NCBI GenBank assembly: GCA_041730475.1
Contig: JBGSBQ010000001.1
Span: 1-46,506, forward strand
Direction of reading: 5' to 3'
Length of the DNA: 46,506 bases
From: Sphingomonadaceae bacterium
Lineage (GTDB): Bacteria; Pseudomonadota; Gammaproteobacteria; Burkholderiales; Burkholderiaceae_D
In this document: in pieces, positions 41,104 to 46,506 of the stretch
How the letters are laid out: every line of letters begins with the position of its first letter
Position numbering within the stretch: the first letter of the stretch is position 1
Notes under the pieces: model-generated
What the model saw: the letters and a program-made list of their open reading frames with translations, nothing else
Told to the model about the DNA's origin: nothing
Databases searched by the model: none
Program-made: the position numbers and the translations under genes

Positions 41104-41455
41104 TATCGAGCGGGAAAACTTGCTTCGCTCTGCTGAGTTACGCATACGGGATGCACAACGAGGAAGCCTGTCGCTGGAAAGCAAATTTGATCTCGCCTAT
41201 AACGCAGCGCATGCCGCCGCCCTGGCTGCGCTGCGGGCACATGGCTATCGCAGCGAAAGCCGCTTTCTCGTCTTCCAGTGCTTGGAACACACTGTCGGGC
41301 TTGCCCCTGCCAATTGGCGACTGTTTGATCTAGCCCACAAAAAGCGTAATCTGGCCGAATACGAAGGGTTTCTAGACATAACCGCTGGCTTCGTCGACGA
41401 ACTGATACAGCAATCTGTGCTGTTGATCGCGCTGGCGCGCTCGCTCAGCGCTTAG
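41030..41455 (+). CDS. HEPN-like protein (cognate of MNT)
   Basis: Helical; AYNAAH, ALRAHGYR, KRNLAEY; overlaps the MNT gene. Confidence 0.75.
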   Translation: MTSSSSTALANLANIGRLKLEPPDSIERENLLRSAELRIRDAQRGSLSLESKFDLAYNAAHAAALAALRAHGYRSESRFLVFQCLEHTVGLAPANWRLFDLAHKKRNLAEYEGFLDITAGFVDELIQQSVLLIALARSLSA

Positions 41456-42378
41456 AGACGTTGTAGCGCCGGATCGTCGTGCAGTGCCAGCGGCATGGCA
41501 CGGGCCCAGCGGTTGGACGACAGCGAGAAGCTCAGCGCCATCACCTGAAGGTACCAGCCGGCCGGCACGTACAGCATGTCGCCAGGCTCGACCACGAATT
41601 CAATCATATTGGCCTGCCGCGCCAGCGGATATGCCTCGAAATCCGGGGCCGACGGGTCAAACGGCGAGCCGAACAGAATAGCGTTGGCTTGCCGCGTGTA
41701 CAGGAATTCGTCATGGTGCGGCGGCGCCAGATAGATGCGCTTGCGGCCCCAGATTTGCGCGAAGATATTGTCGTCATAATCGCAATGCAGCGGCGTTCTG
41801 GTGCCGACCGGGCCAACCCAGAAACGCGGCGGCCCCATCTTGCTGAAATAGGTCGGCCAGTGGCACAGCCGGTTCAGCTCGCGCAATTCCAGATTGCCCA
41901 GATATGGCGGCAAGGCGTGCACGCCGCTGTCGACCAGCGCCAGATACTCGCCCATCGTCATGTCCTGCATGGCGCGGTCGGCGGCGAAGGCGGTGTTGAT
42001 GTAGTCGCCCACGCGGGCCCGCACCGGCAGATGCGCGTATTGCTCGCGCAGGATGTGCGGCTCCAGCTTGCTCAGCGGCCAGCGCTGCACCAGTCCCGTC
42101 ATCAGGAACGGCTGCCCCTGACGCGCCCGCGCCAGAAATGTGGCCGCATCGAGCACGCCGAAGCGCGGAATAGCCTGCAACGGCGGCAAGGTGCGCGCCG
42201 CCGCGCGGATCGCATCGCGCATGGCGGTGATCGAGGTCACGCCACGGATCTGCGCGTCGCGCGCATCACGCGCCTGTTGGCGCGCCAGTGCCTCCTCGGG
42301 CGAGGCGAACTGGGAAGGCGGTAACGGTGGCAGCACGCGGACTGGCTTGCCGTCCGGCGGAAAATTCTCGTTTGACAT
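41452..42378 (-). CDS. JmjC/cupin-like domain protein
   Basis: TPLHCDYDDN, QIWGRKR, EPGDMLYVPAGW. Confidence 0.88.
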   Translation of the reverse strand: MSNENFPPDGKPVRVLPPLPPSQFASPEEALARQQARDARDAQIRGVTSITAMRDAIRAAARTLPPLQAIPRFGVLDAATFLARARQGQPFLMTGLVQRWPLSKLEPHILREQYAHLPVRARVGDYINTAFAADRAMQDMTMGEYLALVDSGVHALPPYLGNLELRELNRLCHWPTYFSKMGPPRFWVGPVGTRTPLHCDYDDNIFAQIWGRKRIYLAPPHHDEFLYTRQANAILFGSPFDPSAPDFEAYPLARQANMIEFVVEPGDMLYVPAGWYLQVMALSFSLSSNRWARAMPLALHDDPALQRL

Positions 42379-42429
42379 AGATCCTGAACCAAGCTGGCCC
42401 TGCCGCCGGGCGGCAGGAAAACCGCTAGT

Positions 42430-43383
42430 TTACAGGCTCAGGCGCGCGCGGGCAGCATCATATTCACGTTTCAGCCGCGCCACCATCTCGGCCGTAGTCG
42501 GAATATCGTCCATCAAGCCCACGCCCTGCCCGGCGCCCCAGATGTCGCGCCACGCCTTGGCGCTGCCAGAACCGAAGTTCATGGCCGACTTGTCGGCCTG
42601 CGGCAGCGCATCGGGGTCGAGGCCGGCAGCGACGATGGACTTCTTCAGGTAATTTCCGTGTACGCCTGTGAACAGGTTCGAATACACGATATCGGCCGCC
42701 GCCGATTCCAGGATCGCATCGCGATAGCCAGTGCTGACATTCGATTCCTGCGTCGCCAGCCAGCGCGAGCCGATATAGGCAAAATCGGCGCCCATAGCCT
42801 GCGCGGCCAGCACCGCATCGCCGGTCGCAATCGAGCCGGACAAGGCAATCGGCCCGGCGAAGAACTTGCGCACCTCGCCCACCAGTGCGAACGGCGACAA
42901 GGTACCGGCATGGCCGCCGGCGCCGCTGGCCACCAGGATCAGACCATCGACGCCCGCTTCCAGCGCCTTGTGTGCGTGGCGGATCGAAATCACGTCATGC
43001 AGCACGATGCCACCGTAGCTGTGGATAGCGTCCAGCATTTCCGGCGGCGGCGCGCGCAGCGAGGAAATGATGATGGGAATGCGGTGCTTGACGCACACTT
43101 CAACGTCATGCGCTAACCGGTCATTCGACTGATGCACGATCTGATTGACGGCAATCGGGCCGACCCGCTGGTCGGGATGGGCACGCTGGAACTCGGCCAG
43201 TTCGGCCTGCAAATCGGTCAGCCAGACGTCCAGCATCTCGGCCGGACGCGCATTCAGCGCCGGAAACGAGCCAACGATGCCGGCCTTGCACTGCGCCGCC
43301 ACCAGCGCCGGACCGCTGGCGATAAACATTGGTGAAGCGATGACGGGTAAGGTGAGGTTTTGCAACACTGCAGGCAGGGCCAT
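42430..43383 (-). CDS. Nitronate monooxygenase family flavoprotein
   Basis: PVIASPMF, GAGGHAG, AYIGSRWLATQES, WGAGQG. Confidence 0.92.
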   Translation of the reverse strand: MALPAVLQNLTLPVIASPMFIASGPALVAAQCKAGIVGSFPALNARPAEMLDVWLTDLQAELAEFQRAHPDQRVGPIAVNQIVHQSNDRLAHDVEVCVKHRIPIIISSLRAPPPEMLDAIHSYGGIVLHDVISIRHAHKALEAGVDGLILVASGAGGHAGTLSPFALVGEVRKFFAGPIALSGSIATGDAVLAAQAMGADFAYIGSRWLATQESNVSTGYRDAILESAAADIVYSNLFTGVHGNYLKKSIVAAGLDPDALPQADKSAMNFGSGSAKAWRDIWGAGQGVGLMDDIPTTAEMVARLKREYDAARARLSL

Positions 43384-43425
43384 GGGACGCTCGCGAAAAT
43401 GGATTAATCGAAATAAGGTACTAAG

Positions 43426-44334
43426 TCAGGCATTAAGTAAGTGCTCACCCTCAATCCGTGCCGCAGTGGCGCGTACCAGTTGACTGGTCGCCCACTGCGC
43501 CAACAGTTCAGGGGATTGCTGCAGGAAGCGCAGGTTGGCGCGTTCGAATACCGGCATCGCCAGCAACAGCGCGGGAATCTCGGCCAGCGCGATCTGCTGG
43601 CGCTCCAGCAACAGGAACTTCAGCAAGACCTTGATCGCATTCTGCGCATTGCGCACCGGATCAGCGGACAGGAAGTCGAGCCGCGAGCGGGCCCGCGCCA
43701 CGGCGCCGTCCTTGTCGGCGAATGGCGCGCCATGGCCGGGGATCACCAGCGCCACGTCGAGTCCGGCAATCAGGTCCAGCACGGCGCGCTGCTCATCAAA
43801 GCCGGATGCGCCATCGAGTTCCGGAAAAATCACGCCAAAGCCGTTTTCCCACAAGGCATCGGCCGACACCAGCACCCGGTACTGCGGACAATAAAACATC
43901 AGCGCATGCGGATCATGGCCGGGCGCACCCAGCACCTGCCATGCCATATCGGCCAGGTACAGTTCCTGACCCGGCGTCAACGTGGCGTCGAAGCCGAAGC
44001 GTTCACAGCGCTGGCCAGTCGCCTTGAAACTGAGGGCGTCCACATCCCAGTCGCGCACCTTGTCGGCCTCGGCCGCAGGAATCAGCGTGCGGCAGCCGTA
44101 ATGGGCTTGCAGCGTGGCATTGCCGCCGCAGTGGTCGGAGTGCAAATGGGTATTCAGCAACTGGTCAAGCGGACGTTGCTGTAGCGCATGGCGTACCAGT
44201 GCCAGCGTCTGTGGCGCATGGGTCAGGTAGCCGCTATCGATCAGTGCCGTATCGTGGCGCCCCTGCAGCAGCACATTGTTGGACGACAGCCAGCCGCGTT
44301 CCAGCACCTGGATCGACGCCGGCAGCCCGTTCAT
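43426..44334 (-). CDS. Metallo-beta-lactamase fold hydrolase
   Basis: THLHSDHCGG, PGH, SAD, IPGHG. Confidence 0.92.
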   Translation of the reverse strand: MNGLPASIQVLERGWLSSNNVLLQGRHDTALIDSGYLTHAPQTLALVRHALQQRPLDQLLNTHLHSDHCGGNATLQAHYGCRTLIPAAEADKVRDWDVDALSFKATGQRCERFGFDATLTPGQELYLADMAWQVLGAPGHDPHALMFYCPQYRVLVSADALWENGFGVIFPELDGASGFDEQRAVLDLIAGLDVALVIPGHGAPFADKDGAVARARSRLDFLSADPVRNAQNAIKVLLKFLLLERQQIALAEIPALLLAMPVFERANLRFLQQSPELLAQWATSQLVRATAARIEGEHLLNA

Positions 44335-44552
44335 GCGCCGCTGGCCAGCACTTGCTCGCGCCGCCGGATGGCCGCCCACACGCTGCGCTTGTAGTCGTCA
44401 TCGGCTTTCGACCACTGGATGATTTCTTCGATGGTGCGCTTGCAGCCCAGGCAATACTCGCGATCCTCGTCCATCTTGCACAGGCTGACGCAAGGCGACG
44501 GGACGGGGCTGGCCAGTTCAGGCAATGCAGTGCGGCTGGGTTCGATGCTCAT
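44331..44552 (-). CDS. DUF1289-like small Cys-rich protein
   Basis: SPCVSLC...CLGCKRTIEEI..W; ATGA overlap with the MBL gene. Confidence 0.85.
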   Translation of the reverse strand: MSIEPSRTALPELASPVPSPCVSLCKMDEDREYCLGCKRTIEEIIQWSKADDDYKRSVWAAIRRREQVLASGA

Positions 44553-44618
44553 GGCGCGGCGCAGTGTGGTAAGGACTCCCATTATGCCGCGAAACATCGC
44601 CGGGCAATCGAATCGCGC

Positions 44619-44674
44619 TTGACCGGCAGCGGTTCAGGCCTATACTACCATCCATGTAGATGGCGTTTGGATGG
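44619..44674 (+). promoter_or_regulatory. copG-operon promoter and candidate operator
   Basis: TTGACC-16 bp-TATACT followed by CCATC-N6-GATGG and a wider CCATCCA...TGGATGG inverted repeat. Confidence 0.55.
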
Positions 44675-44708
44675 CAAAAAGCGCCTTTAACCCGCCTGAC
44701 GGAGACTT

Positions 44709-45122
44709 ATGGCTAAGCAAGAACTAAAACTCAAAACGGCGGAATCGGAAAAAATCACCATCAACCTCGGCCCCATCGATCTAGGCCAGATCGATTTGCT
44801 GGTGCAGGAAGGTTTTTATTCCAACCGCACCGATTTGATACGCACCGCGATCCGCAACCAGCTGAACGCGCATGCCGATGTCGTCAAGCAGACGGTGGCG
44901 CGCAAAAGTCTGGTACTCGGCATGCAACATTACTCGCGCGCCGATCTGGAAGCGCTGCAAGCGGCCGGCGAACGGCTGCAAATTCAGGTGCTGGGACTGG
45001 CCAGCATTGCCAGCGACGTATCGGTCGAACTGGCATTGGCCACCATAGAATCCATCTTCGTACTGGGCTCGCTGCATGCGAGCGCAGTACTCAAAACCGC
45101 ACTGGCCAAGCGGATCCACTAG
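44709..45122 (+). CDS. CopG/ribbon-helix-helix transcriptional regulator
   Basis: EKITINLG..DLGQIDLLVQEGFYSNRTDLIRTAIR. Confidence 0.87.
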   Translation: MAKQELKLKTAESEKITINLGPIDLGQIDLLVQEGFYSNRTDLIRTAIRNQLNAHADVVKQTVARKSLVLGMQHYSRADLEALQAAGERLQIQVLGLASIASDVSVELALATIESIFVLGSLHASAVLKTALAKRIH

Positions 45123-45145
45123 GCGCAACACCGTAAAGGATCGCC

Positions 45146-46417
45146 ATGAAACTGAACCTCCCCCTGCTCGAGCAATTACGCGACGCCACCCACAAGATCC
45201 AGCAAGCGCTGAGTGGAGTGCGACATGCCACGCCGGCGCCCGCGCCGGACAATGCAGCCCCGGCGATGCGCGACATCAACCCGCCGCCGCCGCATGCCGC
45301 CCCGGCGCCGTCGGCAGCCCCCGCCCCCAGCTCCGCCCCGTCCAGCGCCAGCGCGCCCGCCGCAGCGCCGCCGGACGCAGCAGCGGCCATCAACCCGGCC
45401 ACCCATCCGACCGAGTATGCGCAGGACATCCTGAACCGCATGGGCATTCAGGTCGACCTGCAGGCTGGCCTGCAACACCTGCCGCCGGTGCCGCAGTTCG
45501 ACCTGTCCAATCTTGACTTGCCCGGCTTCAAATCGCCGTTCGAGCACAGCGCCAAGGCCGAAGCGCCAAGCGGTGCCCAGTTCCTCAGCGGCAGCTACAG
45601 CAACCACGCCGGCACCCGCAACTACAAGCTGTATATTCCGTCGACCTATCGCGGTCAGGCCATGCCGCTGCTGGTGATGCTGCACGGCTGCACACAGAAC
45701 CCGGACGACTTCGCGGCCGGCACCCAGATGAATCAAGTGGCCGAAGAGCGCGAATGTTTCGTGGTCTACCCCGAGCAGGCGCAGAGTGCCAACACGCACA
45801 AATGCTGGAACTGGTTCAACGCCATTGACCAGCAGCGCGGCCAGGGCGAACCCTCGCTGATCGCCGGCATCGCCCAGCAAGTGATCGATGAGTACCCGGT
45901 CAATGAACGGCAAGTGTATGTGGCTGGCTTGTCGGCGGGCGGCGCCATGGCCGTCATCGTCGGCACGCTGTATCCCGACCTGTTCGCTGCGGTCGGCGTG
46001 CATTCCGGGCTGCCGTTCGCATCAGCGCAAGACCTGCCGTCCGCACTGAGCGCCATGAAGCGTGGTGCCGCCGGTCCCAAGGCTGCCAATGGGGCCATCC
46101 CCATCATCGTATTCCATGGCGACCATGACACCACGGTCAACCCACGCAATGGCGAAGCGGTGATCGAACAAGGGCTGCACCCGCATGCCGCCGACGTCGA
46201 ACAGCAGGTCGAATCGGGCGCGGTACCGAATGGTCACCGCTACACCCAGACCACGCACCGCAAAGCCGACGGCACGCCGGTCGGCGAGCACTGGGTGGTA
46301 CATGGCGCCGGCCACGCCTGGTCCGGCGGCAGCACCCAAGGCAGCTACACCGACGGCCGCGGCCCCGACGCCAGCCGCGAAATGATGCGCTTCTTCAAAA
46401 CCATCAGCCGCCAGTAA
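45146..46417 (+). CDS. PHB-depolymerase family (LpqC-like) esterase with Pro/Ala-rich N-terminus
   Basis: MLHGCTQ, CWNWF, GLSAGG nucleophile elbow, HGDHD, GHAWSGG. Confidence 0.9.
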   Translation: MKLNLPLLEQLRDATHKIQQALSGVRHATPAPAPDNAAPAMRDINPPPPHAAPAPSAAPAPSSAPSSASAPAAAPPDAAAAINPATHPTEYAQDILNRMGIQVDLQAGLQHLPPVPQFDLSNLDLPGFKSPFEHSAKAEAPSGAQFLSGSYSNHAGTRNYKLYIPSTYRGQAMPLLVMLHGCTQNPDDFAAGTQMNQVAEERECFVVYPEQAQSANTHKCWNWFNAIDQQRGQGEPSLIAGIAQQVIDEYPVNERQVYVAGLSAGGAMAVIVGTLYPDLFAAVGVHSGLPFASAQDLPSALSAMKRGAAGPKAANGAIPIIVFHGDHDTTVNPRNGEAVIEQGLHPHAADVEQQVESGAVPNGHRYTQTTHRKADGTPVGEHWVVHGAGHAWSGGSTQGSYTDGRGPDASREMMRFFKTISRQ

Positions 46418-46427
46418 GCTTTTGAAA

Positions 46428-46506
46428 ACCGGGGTGGGGGGGGGGGCACGGGGCAAAAAAAAAAAGGGGGGGGGTTTTTTGGGGGGGGGGGGGGGGGCGC
46501 CCGGGG
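46428..46506. other. Low-complexity G/A/T homopolymer tail, probable contig-end artifact
   Basis: Long G, A and T runs at the very end of the sequence. Confidence 0.75.

Noticed and set aside
45230-45400. Tandem DNA repeat in the esterase gene
   Set aside because: Pro/Ala codon low complexity without a fixed period
46428-46506. G-quadruplex or phase-variable tract
   Set aside because: Mixed homopolymers at the extreme end look like failing read quality

Overview
A GC-rich betaproteobacterial chromosomal window; gene content and order suggest Oxalobacteraceae (Massilia/Duganella/Janthinobacterium-like; inference). It looks like a whole contig, starting in a palindromic repeat and ending in low-quality G-runs. 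About 47 CDS are supportable. Core genes: hemA-prfA-dsbB-prmC, gshA, ohr, kup, rarD, ettA, alkB, aminopeptidase P, hpt. There is also a Crp-associated fadD/liv-type ABC/acyl-CoA ligase operon, two toxin-antitoxin-like modules (HigBA and MNT-HEPN), and a CopG-esterase pair. No rRNA, tRNA, CRISPR array or transposase was seen. The best candidate for an undescribed system is 8383-13060. An orphan TrpD-fold phosphoribosyltransferase keeps its PRPP/metal motifs but has lost its anthranilate-binding residues (Asn to Ser, Arg to Glu). It overlaps a soluble PAS-PAS histidine kinase and lies divergent from a membrane EAL phosphodiesterase. All calls come from motif recognition by eye, without database searches.
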